Origin: Eledone cirrhosa
Lineage: Eukaryota
Assembly (NCBI GenBank): GCA_964016885.1
Contig: OZ024747.1
Location: 80,290,001-80,354,000, forward strand
Direction of reading: 5' to 3'
DNA: 64,000 nucleotides
Shown: positions 1 through 11,039 of the stretch, piece after piece
Numbering within the stretch: the stretch's first letter is position 1
Layout of the letters: each line of letters begins with the position of its first letter
Translations under genes and position numbers: made by a program
Notes under the pieces: generated by a model
Seen by the model: only the letters and a program-made list of their open reading frames with translations
What the model was told of the DNA's origin: nothing
Databases searched by the model: none

Positions 1-240
1 GGTAGAATATTAAATGTTAAGTGTTAATTGAACAACTACTTTCATGCTTTCGCAATCTTCAGGTTCATATTCAGTGGTAACAGTCAAGTTTGCAATTGCA
101 AACTTGTACAAATAAAACTTAACATTTAATATTCTACCATACTGTTTCATTATACTATCATTATAATTTTAAAGGATTTTAAATAAAATGAGTAAATCAG
201 ACAAAGTTGGAATTTCTTTTATAAATATAATCTTTTATAC
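1..240. mobile_element. Mini Penelope-like remnant: inverted arms (1-22 / 117-138) plus probable 3' tail; left end cut by window edge
   Basis: ggtagaatattaaatgttaagt at 1-22 is the reverse complement of acttaacatttaatattctacc at 117-138; internal palindrome caagtttgcaattgcaaacttg at 85-106; contains a minus-strand HHR-like motif. Confidence 0.5.
29..67 (-). ncRNA. Minimal type I hammerhead ribozyme motif (probably one stem III mutation)
   Basis: Minus strand reads tgaac-CTGAAGA-t-tgc(gaaa)gca-t-GAAA-gtag-TT-gttca: stem I tgaac/gttca, stem II capped by a GNRA loop, vestigial stem III (ACTAGT-like palindrome with one change). Confidence 0.55.
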
Positions 241-256
241 ACAATCATACACACCC

Positions 257-291
<35 letters not shown>

Positions 292-292
<1 letters not shown>

Positions 293-371
293 TCTCGCTG
301 ATGATGCCCGTGGATTATCTGTTACAAACACACTCAGGGCGAAACAGATTAATCCCTAATCTGTCCGAGAG
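292..371 (+). ncRNA. Canonical type I hammerhead ribozyme
   Basis: ctctcg-CTGATGA(298-304)-tgccc...gggc-GAAA(341-344)-cagatta-atccc-taatctG-TC(364-365)-cgagag; stem I 6 bp, stem II gccc/gggc, stem III 7 bp, GUC cleavage triplet at 363-365. Confidence 0.85.
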
Positions 372-605
372 ATATAATTGTTATTGAGGCGGTTTGTATA
401 ATATAATTTTATTTTATTTTATCATTGTCTGCTTCATGGTTAAATATTTCAAACAAATGTGGTTCTTCAACCCTCGTAATATTAGACACACGATTTACTG
501 TGTTTCTTACTACATATATTATTATAATGCTCAGTATTTATACTTTGAGGTTGTTGATTACAGGGTTTCAGTATGAGTTATTAACTCTAACTTTCATTTA
601 TATAT

Positions 606-680
<75 letters not shown>

Positions 681-810
681 GAGGTTATATTTAATTTGTT
701 GGGATACAACAAGCAATATATTTTTATAACTGATATAAAGCCCTCAACAAATTATTGGAGTAAATATACAATATATTAACAAATGGAAACTATATTTATA
801 AAACCATATT

Positions 811-876
811 TATTTCATTATACATATTTCAAGGGCCACCAAGGCAAACTATGGTCCGCTTTCATCAGATAAAATA
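811..876 (-). ncRNA. Minimal type I hammerhead ribozyme (family B)
   Basis: Minus strand reads tattttat-CTGATGA-aagcggacca...tggtggccctt-GAAA-tatgta-TA-atgaaata; 8-bp stem I, near-absent stem III, AUA cleavage triplet. Confidence 0.7.
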
Positions 877-946
877 TCTGATGAACGCGCACCATAGTGG
901 TCCTTGTGACACCATTGGTGGCCCTTGAAATATGTATAATGAAATA
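874..946 (+). ncRNA. Second family-B hammerhead core, stem I 5' strand truncated at the inversion junction
   Basis: CTGATGA at 878-884, GAAA at 927-930, tatgtaTA, then atgaaata at 939-946. Confidence 0.55.
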
Positions 947-984
947 AATATGGTTTTATAAATATAGTTTCCATTTGTGAATAT

Positions 985-1124
<140 letters not shown>

Positions 1125-1246
1125 CTCTAATATGTTTATGCCTTGAACTATTCTTTTTTATTTAGTATTTCTAACATAGTATATACCTCAAAGCATTAAT
1201 TTTTCCACCACTCCGGTAGACTCATGCTTCGGAATATGTATCTAGG

Positions 1247-1351
<105 letters not shown>

Positions 1352-1366
1352 ATGTATATGTGTGTG

Positions 1367-1397
<31 letters not shown>

Positions 1398-1741
1398 GTG
1401 TGTGTGTGTGTGCGCGCGCATATTGATTTTGGTTTGGTACAGGAAGTATTCTATTTGCACTTTAACATAATGACTTGCCTTGCGTATGTTTTTATCTCTT
1501 TGGTAACTCTATTACCCCACCCCCCTTCAAACTCTCAATTGTAAAACCATGTAACTATCTATCTAGTTAATTTGACAAAATAGCTTCTAGATAAATAACA
1601 AAATATAAAACAGTTCTCTACCATTACTCTCTCTTTTGACCGATTAATTTGTTCATTCATTCATTTCTTCTTCTTTTCGATTGTTTCACCCTCTCTCTGA
1701 GCTTCCCTTCCTCTACTGCTTGTTAGGATTATCTTAGTATT

Positions 1742-1789
<48 letters not shown>

Positions 1790-1799
1790 TAAAAAATAT

Positions 1800-2400
1800 T
1801 AAACTATATAGAAACTGAACACAGGGAATTTTAATTCGTTTCCTGAACATACAGATGAGGTCTGTTTAACGAGTTTTAAACGAAGTATGTCTGTTGCTTT
1901 AACGACTCAATTAGACATTTTTCATATATCTGTTTTGCATTCATGATGTTTTTTTCAGACATTCTAGTGTAATTTCTGAACTTCATAATAACACTTCCGA
2001 TTTCGCCTCGGCGTAAAATTTTTGGTTTCCTACCATCAGTTCCAGTTGAGTTTCGCTATAAATATTTTTGGCTGCTTGTCACATTTTCTTCAATTCAAAC
2101 AATAATTTCGATGCTTCAGAGTCATTTCTCCTCCAGCTTTGTTCGGACATAACTGATTGGTCTTATGTATTTCCTTGTTTCACGTAATTTCCGTTTCCTC
2201 TTCAGCACAATAATGTAGCTTTTAAAAAGATACTACATCCGGTTCAATCTGGCACTATCGTGTGGCTTTATGTATCATTTCTTTACGTGGTTACATAACC
2301 TTTATATTTTTCTCTTCAGCACTGGCCTTGTGGCTTCCATTTTCTTATTTTATGTTTTAGTTTCATATTACTTCCTGTTCCAACCCAATACATCTTTCAT
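1800..2400 (-). pseudogene. Highly degenerate non-LTR retrotransposon fragment (probably R4/Dong-like N-terminal half)
   Basis: Broken minus-strand reading with weak resemblance (e.g. QAAKxIYSE) to the pre-RT region of the 44-47 kb element; next to a (TAA)n tract. Confidence 0.3.
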
Positions 2401-3226
2401 GTTAGGTGACATCACCTATATTTCACGGTGATTAACGTGAACAAAACCTGACAATAACAACAACCACAGAATTATTTGCCTTCTAAGTATTCTCTACCTG
2501 GTCGCCCGACCTGTAACGATCACAACATATCCTCTTAGAAAAGAACTCGTTGGATAATGTGTTCATGAATTCTCTCTTATAATGGTTGGTTTGTCTTTGA
2601 TCATAGGCTTGAACAAACAATTCCGCCAATCCACGAATCTGAAAAACAGGAAAGGTCACGCTGATCTAAGATTAAACTGATTCAGAAAAGATGACTGAAT
2701 ATGAAGTCGGATTGCAAGGCAATGAATCACATCAACATTTCTCTTTTCGTTAAATGATCTTTTAACTGTTTTAATTGGACATCGGTCAACACCTTCACAT
2801 CGATTCCAACACACATACACACACACATATATATATCGATCTCTATTTATTAAAATTGCCAATCTGACAAATTCTGACATTTTATGCCATACAGCACAAA
2901 CAAAACGACATAAATACGCACACACACACACGCACATGCACACACACACATATATATATACACACACATATATACTCATATGTACTCACACACATATATA
3001 TACATATATATATATAAATATATATACATACATACATATACAAATATATATGCACACATATACGCACATATGTACATATATATATATATACACACATGTA
3101 TAAATATATATATATACATATGCATATACATATACACATATATTTACACACGTATACATATATATATGTATGTATTCATATATGTGTACGTATACACACA
3201 CATACACACACACACGTACACACACG

Positions 3227-3264
<38 letters not shown>

Positions 3265-3277
3265 ATGTATATATGTA

Positions 3278-3327
<50 letters not shown>

Positions 3328-3380
3328 GATAGATAGATATACGTTCATATACACACACACATATATATATATATATATAG

Positions 3381-4240
3381 ATAACTGAACAAAAAAGAAA
3401 AACGAACACAGACATATACATGTATGTGTTCAAACCGTAAGGGACCGGATTGGCTAAGGTGAAGAGAATACTAACTACAGACAATAGGGTTTGCTAGACT
3501 CAATTTAAGAATAAATCAATAAAAATAAATACCAACTAGAATTGTGGTAACTACCAATGACCCGGACAGTTTTGATAATACTGTTTCGCAATATTAATTG
3601 TGAAGTGGAATACCAAAATTCTAGCTCATCAGTGGATGAAGAATTATTAGTATCCTGGTCACTTCTAAGTATATTAAAATACTGGATAGTGTGCGTATAT
3701 ATAACGCACATGGTACCAGAACTTAGCGTGTCTCGCAAACTCACGCCACTAAAAATAGCAGCCGGGTTTACTCGACATTTGAATTAGCTCGACGAATTAA
3801 CGTAGCCGATTATATCAAAAGCATGTATTGAGTTAGAAACTCAAAATAGTCTCTTACAATAAAATTAGCTCTAGGAAAGAGGTTTTTCCGAGCCCTATAA
3901 TATAGATGAGCTAGAATTTTGGTATTCCTCTTCACAATTAATATTGCGAAACAGTATTATGAAAACTGTCCGGGTCATTGGTAGTTACCACAATTCTGGT
4001 TGGTATTTATTTTTATTGATTTATTCTTAAATTGAGTCGAGCAAACCCTATTGTCTATAGTTAGTATTCTCTTCACCTTAGCCAATCTGGTCCCTTACGG
4101 TTTGAACACATACATGTATATGTCTGTGCTCGTTTTTCTTTTTTGTTCAGTTATATTATACGGCTCGGAAAAACCTCATTTCTAGAGATAATTTTATTGT
4201 AAGAGACTATTTTGAGTTTCTAACTCAATTCATGCCTTTG

Positions 4241-4243
<3 letters not shown>
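3381..4243. mobile_element. Non-coding HHR-bearing element: complete ~521-bp monomer on minus strand (3384-3904) plus inverted partial copy (3905-4243)
   Basis: 3381-3630 is mirrored at 3905-4154 and 3811-3904 is mirrored at 4152-4243; flanked by (TA)n; no credible ORF. Confidence 0.85.
3560..3637 (-). ncRNA. Type I hammerhead ribozyme
   Basis: Minus strand reads atcca-CTGATGA-gc...gc-GAAA-cagt-attatcaaa-actG-TC-cgggt; stem III cagt/actg, GUC triplet (plus-strand gac 3565-3567), stem I with one A-C mismatch next to the core. Confidence 0.75.
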
Positions 4244-4314
<71 letters not shown>

Positions 4315-4710
4315 GTATATATATACATATATACACAGATACTTATCAGATAGACCAGGGGCTTGCGTCTCACTTACATACGTTACCACAATCAACAGAG
4401 AGTGACGGGTCTTGTTATTGTGGCGTCAGAGTAGCATGAACAAACAGCAACAACGTTATTAAGAGGGAAAATATGAAGCAAATAAAGGAAGAGATCTAGA
4501 ACGGTTATTTTTACACCTTCATTAGATATATACAAACAGGCCATATTAGTGTCCTCTTAGGAATGATACATTAAAAGTTTTATTTTTAAAGGTTAGGAAA
4601 CACTGAAGGCGTTCGTTATTTTTCCGATGAAACTTCGTAGAATTGTGAAACACGTATTCTGTATAATTCAATATGTAAGAGAGGAAATGAGAAATGACGA
4701 AATAATAATT

Positions 4711-5105
4711 GTTTCTACTTTTGGCACAAGGCCAGAAATTATCCCAGTGCATTACTGGTACTTTATTTTATCGAACCTGTAAGGATGAAAGGCAAAGTTA
4801 ACCTCGGCGGGATTTGGACTCAGACCATAAAGGCTGTAACTCTTTGCTGAAAGGCATGGTGTCCAACCCTCTACCGATCCAGGAAATAATAATGGTTTCT
4901 TATATAGGCACAAGGCCAGCAATTTCGGGGGAGGGGAAAGTAGATTAAATAGACCACAGTGTGTTACTGGGACTTTATTTATCGACCCCGTAAGGATGAA
5001 AGGCAAAGTTAACCTTGGCGGAATTTAATCTCTGACCATAGATGGCCGTAACTCTTTGCTGCAAGGCAATGGCGTCCGACCCTCTACCGAGACTGCTAAT
5101 CCACG
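4711..5105 (-). mobile_element. Two head-to-tail tRNA-derived SINE copies (octopus-type family 1)
   Basis: Shared core gccgaggttaactttgcctttcatcctta..ggtcgataaa..aagtaccagt and B-box-like ctgagttcaaatccc; gaaataataat repeated at all three junctions. Confidence 0.8.
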
Positions 5106-5626
5106 AAATAATAATGTTATTTGTTTTATTTCAATCCCAACGGGAAGAGAAAACAAAAATGGACGGATAAAAAAAGAGGAATTGGTATAGTTGATTTTAT
5201 ATATTCCTTAGATAATTTGCCATTGTGGTTATATAAATTTTTACATTTTATTTTTCTCCAAGAATTTCAGTTGAGTTTATTGAAAACAAAACAGACGGAT
5301 ATAATTTCTAAAAAAAAAAACAAAAAAAAACGCAAGAAAATTATCGAAAATCTGAAAATGTTATTGGAAAAAATAATAAAAGCCCACCTTACCCAATCTC
5401 CCAGACCGGAGAATGGATGACTCTTGTATGAAATGTTTAGAAAGATACAGAGATATATATATTGTTATTATGATTATTATTTGTAATATTATATTACTTT
5501 TAGCAATTATTGATATACGATGATCGAACTTAGATGTAACGTGTTTGGGTAGGTATAGGCACACACACATACACACACACACACATATATATATCCATAC
5601 ATATATACATATATACATATATATTC

Positions 5627-5684
<58 letters not shown>

Positions 5685-5842
5685 TATATATATATATATA
5701 TTCATATACATATATATATTCATTTATATATTCATTTATATGTTTTCTATACCTTTCATTTATATATATATATATTCATATATATATATTTATATATAAG
5801 TAGAATGGGTATTAAATTTGTTGAAGTCCGACAAATATAAAT

Positions 5843-5908
<66 letters not shown>

Positions 5909-7208
5909 AGAATCAGGACCTCAACGGCTGAACTTCGGCCGTTTTGACAGCTAAATCAGAACTATGTATGTATATATATATATATATATATATAGGAACC
6001 AGTAAGACCCCGACAGCTGAGCTCAAGCCGTTTCGACGGCTAATTCAGGACTAAATGAAAATTTATCCTGGTATTTAAATAGCCGATCTTCTCAAGGGGT
6101 AATTCCATATATGGTCAAAGTGATTGTCAAAAATCAGTAGTAATTCTGTGGTTGCAAATTAGTAGGGGAGATGGTGGCTAAACCTGCCAGTAGGAGAAAG
6201 AGGGGAGGGGGTGGAGTAGACCCAATCAAGCGTTGGTAGTGCCAGCTACAGCTGGGCATGAGGTCAAAGAAGATACAGGGGAGGGGGAGGGGGAGGAAGT
6301 CGGAACGGTAGGTAGAACAATGGGGGGTAGAAATAGGAAAGAAAAAATACTGAGAGTGAAGAAAAGCAAATAAGTGTAAAGAAAAAGAAAAGTAAAGTAA
6401 ATTAAATTCAACGACCTAGGTGTCAGGCTATTGTTAGGCGAGAATAAAATAAAGAAAGAAAGAAAGAAGTAAATAAATAAATAAATAAATAAATAAGGAA
6501 ATAAGTAAGAGAACTAGGTGGGACGGATAAGGCAAGGACCCTTTTAAGAGGTATAAGTACGTAAATGATACGGTGACGGGTCAACAAAAGGGGCCAAAAT
6601 ACTAAAGAGACTACCACGAAATAAACAATAAAGGTTTCCATCCCGGGCCAGCAACGACCCAGTGCAGCAAAGTGAACTTGTACGAGATAATAATTCTGAG
6701 TCCCGGGAAAAATATATACTAATGCTAACTCTAAAAGATCTAAAACAAGCTACATGAAAGTTCGTACGAAATAAAGGTAGAATACGGAGAAATAAATTCA
6801 GAATCCACCCCGCCCAGAAGAAAAGCGAAGCAAGAAATACTGAAACGAAAAAATAAGGCATAAGTGCCACTAAGAAATATAGAGGGCACAGAGAATAGTG
6901 GGAGCGGTCGGAAAAAGGGGGAAAGTATCCGGGGTCTAAGCCAACTGCTATAAAGGGCGGAGTCCACCAAATCTATCAAAGACTAGGGGAGGGGGGGGGC
7001 TACTAAGGCTACATGGGGCCAAAGGGCAGCCTCGGGTGGGCGAGAAAAGACGCCGACAAAGGAGAAGAGCTGGGGTAGAAGGACAAAGGAGAGAGGGGGG
7101 AAGGAAATAAAGGAAGCGATAAAAGAATACAAAGAAGATCTTACGTCTTCCTTGGCAAGCAGGGGTTACCCATTGCAAAATCGGCAACTGGGGTGTTATA
7201 GCTCTAGT

Positions 7209-8183
7209 CTACCCCCCCGGGTCATTATGGGGTTTGAGGGCGAGGTAAGTCCTACGCAATCTATGTTTACATGCAGTAACCAGTTCATCTTTCTTGTTTA
7301 GGAGTTGGTCCGTCGAAAACAGCATTTGTAAAGTTTCCTCCGAGCATAAATTGCACGGACGGCGTCCTCCCGTGTAAGAATTGGCTCTGGACAGTAATCT
7401 CCAAGTGAGATCATAGGTGATGTTGTTGTCCTTGAGGTCCCATATGTGGCCCGAAAGTGTAGTGGCGTGACGCCGGGCCGGGTTTCGGAAGGTATGTCTA
7501 TGTTGGTATAGCCGGGTCTTGAAGTCACATGCGGTAAGTCCTATATAGGCTTTGTTGGAGGTATCCGTCCTCACGTTGCACTGGTAGATCACATTACGGT
7601 CTCTGCATCTATTGTCGAGTGGGCAAATAGATCTATCCGGGCAGTTACACCTCCTGGTCGGTTCTCCACTGCTAATTAGGTTATTTCGGCCATCGGGGTT
7701 GAGTTTTTTGTTGTTAGAGGAGACGATGTTTTGTGCGAAGTTTGGTGTAGTGCTGTAAGAGAGTTTGATGGTATTTTTGTTAATTATGTTGTGGTAGCGG
7801 TGTTGTAATGGGAAGTGTTTTTCAATGAGCCTAAAGAATAGTTTCCCGATCGGAGTAGTCACCTCTGCGTTGTGGGGAGGATTGAACCATGTTACATTGC
7901 GTGAGCGGCGGTGTCTCCTGCTGGTTCCGCTAATGGGAGCTGGGCAGTAGGATATTTCCTCCCGGAAACCACTCCGCTTGAGGGCCTGATTGTAATAAGG
8001 CGCATGTTCATCGAATATCCGCTCATTAGCTGACAAACGGGATATGCGGAGGGAGATGTTTTTGACCAGGTTGTTTGTGATGTTCCTAGGATGGTTTGAT
8101 CGGCGGTGGATGTAGTGCAGATTGTCATTAGGTTTCCTGTATGGGTAGTACAGGTCGTTTTCGAGATCGAGGGTTACGTCCAG
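7209..8183 (-). pseudogene. C-terminal part of Naiad-type PLE protein: RT thumb, linker and GIY-YIG endonuclease (5'-truncated, frame open)
   Basis: Frame extends upstream of the called ORF: LDVTLDLENDLYYPYRKPNDNLHYIHRRSNHP...; then WFNPP, KLSYS, CNC..CPLDNRC, VIYQC...AYIGLT..FKTRLYQH and CNLC.EE...LLNKKDELVTACKH. Confidence 0.9.
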
Positions 8184-8515
8184 GACTTACCGCATGTGAC
8201 TTCAAGACCCGGCTATACCAACATAGACATACCTTCCGAAACCCGGCCCGGCGTCACGCCACTACACTTTCGGGCCACATATGGGACCTCAAGGACAACA
8301 ACATCACCTATGATCTCACTTGGAGATTACTGTCCAGAGCCAATTCTTACACGGGAGGACGCCGTCCGTGCAATTTATGCTCGGAGGAAACTTTACAAAT
8401 GCTGTTTTCGACGGACCAACTCCTAAACAAGAAAGATGAACTGGTTACTGCATGTAAACATAGATTGCGTAGGACTTACCTCGCCCTCAAACCCCATAAT
8501 GACCCGGGGGGGTAG
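8182..8515 (+). pseudogene. Inverted duplicate of the GIY-YIG C-terminus of the same PLE
   Basis: Protein identical to the last ~110 aa of 7209-8036 (GLTACDFKTRLYQH...HNDPGG). Confidence 0.9.
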
Positions 8516-9671
8516 ACTAGGGCTATAACACCCCAGTTGCCGATTTTGCAATGGGTAACCCCTGCTTGCCAAGGAAGACGTAAGATCTTCTTTGTATTCT
8601 TTTATCGCTTCCTTTATTTCCTTCCCCCCTCTCTCCTTTGTCCTTCTACCCCAGCTCTTCTCCTTTGTCGGCGTCTTCTCTCGCCCACCCGAGGCTGCCC
8701 TTTGGCCCCATGTAGCCTTAGTACCCCCCCCCCCCCCCTAGTCTTTGATAGATTTGGTGGACTCCGCCCTTTATAGCAGTTGGCTTAGACCCCGGATACT
8801 TTCCCCCTTTTTCCGACCGCTCCCACTATTCTCTGTGCCCTCTATATTTCTTAGTGGCACTTATACCTTATTTTTTCGTTTCAGTATTTCTTGCTTCGCT
8901 TTTCTTCTGGGCGGGGTGGATTCTGAATTTATTTCTCCGTATTCTACCTTTATTTCGTACGAACTTTCATGTAGCTTGTTTTAGATCTTTTAGAGTTAGC
9001 ATTAGTATATATTTTTCCCGGGACTCAGAATTATTATCTCGTACAAGTTCACTTTGCTGCACTGGGTCGTTGCTGGCCCGGGATGGAAACCTTTATTGTT
9101 TATTTCGTGGTAGTCTCTTTAGTATTTTGGCCCCTTTTGTTGACCCGTCACTGTATCATTTACGTACTTATACCTCTTAAAAGGGTCCTTGCCTTAACCG
9201 TCCCACCTAGTTCTCTTACTTATTTCCTTATTTATTTATTTATTTATTTATTTACTTCTTTCTTTCTTTCTTTATTTTATTCTCGCCTAACAATAGCCTG
9301 ACACCTAGGTCGTTGAATTTAATTTACTTTACTTTTTCTTTTTCTTTACACTTATTTGCTTTTCTTCACTCTCAGTATTTTTTCTTTCCTATTTCTACCC
9401 CCCATTGTTCTACCTACCGTTCCGTCTTCCTCCCCCTCCCCCTCCCCTGTATCTTCTTTGACCTCATGCCCAGCTGTAGCTGGCACTACCAACGCTTGAT
9501 TGGGTCTACTCCACCCCTCCCCTCTTTCTCCTACTGGCAGGTTTAGCCACCATCTCCCCTACTAATTTGCAACCACAGAATTACTACTTATTTTTGACAA
9601 TCACTTTGACCATATATGGAATTACCCCTTGAGAAGATCGGCTATTTAAATACCAGGATAAATTTTCATTT

Positions 9672-9718
9672 AGTCCTGAATTAGCCGTCGAAACGGCTTG
9701 AGCTCAGCTGTCGGGGTC
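9672..9718 (+). ncRNA. Variant hammerhead-like motif in the Naiad terminal repeat (mirror copy at ~6006-6052, minus)
   Basis: gtc-CTGAATTA-gccgtc-GAAA-cggct-tgagctc-agctG-TC-gggg; stem III pairs and is kept in diverged copies, but the core is non-canonical and stems I and II are weak. Confidence 0.4.
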
Positions 9719-9808
9719 TTACTGGTTCCTATTACCCACTCTACTACCTCAAGTATTGAGTACTTTGGTGCGTTATGGTCCACCTGGTTCCTTACCACAT
9801 TTCCTTCG

Positions 9809-9861
<53 letters not shown>

Positions 9862-10315
9862 TATATATACATATATACATACATATATAGGCGTGTGTAT
9901 GATCGTAAACACTTTTGTTATTTAATTCCAATCAATTATACTACTGGAAAAGAAACAAACAACAATTTCACATCTTATCGTGCAAGATTTCCATCATATG
10001 ATTTGCTTTAAAGTTTTTCATTTGTTTTTAGCAAGTCTTCACATTTTACAGATGTTATTTAGGTAATTGTATTCTTTTCCCTGATCTATTCATCCTTTCC
10101 CCATTTCCCCAAGCAAGTATTTTTCAATGTGTTTCGCATTATTATTATAAATGAATTTTAATCAATTATTTTCACACAATTTTTCGACTATTTTTCCCCA
10201 CAAAATATTTAGTCGAAAAAGAATACAGATATACATCTAGATAATTTATATTAACATTCAAATATATTCACATATAGGTATTAATCTATGTATGTATATA
10301 TATATATATATATAT

Positions 10316-10499
10316 ATAGGAACCAGTAAGACCCCGACAGCTGAGCTCAAGCCGTTTCGACGGCTAATTCTTTAGCCGTCGAAACGGCTTGAGCTCAGCT
10401 GTCGGGGTCTTACTGGTTCCTATTACCCACTCTACTACCTCAAGTATTGAGTACTTTGGTGCGTTATGGTCCACCTGGTTCCTTACCACATTTCCTTCG

Positions 10500-10501
<2 letters not shown>
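10316..10501 (+). mobile_element. Miniature copy of the Naiad terminus (52-bp inverted arms plus 78-nt tail)
   Basis: Same left end (tataggaaccagtaag) and same tail as 5992-9810; in (TA)n. Confidence 0.9.
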
Positions 10502-10549
<48 letters not shown>

Positions 10550-10569
10550 ATATTTGTATGCATATATTA

Positions 10570-10613
<44 letters not shown>

Positions 10614-10640
10614 GAATGTGTGTGTATATATATGTTTAAA

Positions 10641-10675
<35 letters not shown>

Positions 10676-10680
<5 letters not shown>

Positions 10681-10911
10681 GAAAATATATAGCTTTCACC
10701 GTATTTTTGACTAAAGGAATTTTAGCCTGATAATGGGGTTTAGAACCCTCAGATAAATGGAAAAAGATGAGTATTGACGTCAATACTCATCTTTTTCCAT
10801 TTATCTGAGGGTTCTAAACCCCATTATCAGGCTAAAATTCCTTTAGTCAAAAATACGGTGAAAGCTATATATTTTCTAATTTCAAACCTGCTCACTGTTT
10901 CAAAACATACT

Positions 10912-10915
<4 letters not shown>
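10676..10915 (+). mobile_element. Perfect 206-bp palindrome (10676-10881) plus ~34-nt tail in (TA)n; probable mini-PLE
   Basis: 103-bp arms meet with no spacer at gac|gtc (10778/10779); the identical ORF starts on both strands in the track confirm the symmetry. Confidence 0.75.
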
Positions 10916-10970
<55 letters not shown>

Positions 10971-11039
10971 TGCCCCAACATTGCCTCAGCCGGATGGCTG
11001 GAACAGGTAAAAGAGTGCATATATATATATATAAATTTT

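Larger units (their letters stand above)
5992..9810. mobile_element. 5'-truncated Penelope-like retroelement (Naiad-type) in inverted-repeat configuration
   Basis: Arms 5992-7542 and 8182-9732 are near-perfect reverse complements; unique spacer 7543-8181; 78-nt unpaired tail 9733-9810; both ends in (TA)n. Confidence 0.9.

Noticed and set aside
8516-9810. SECIS element or selenocysteine recoding, known in some Naiad PLEs
   Set aside because: No in-frame TGA in the preserved ORF and no convincing AUGA/AA/GA stem-loop seen by eye; a SECIS search would be needed to exclude it fully.
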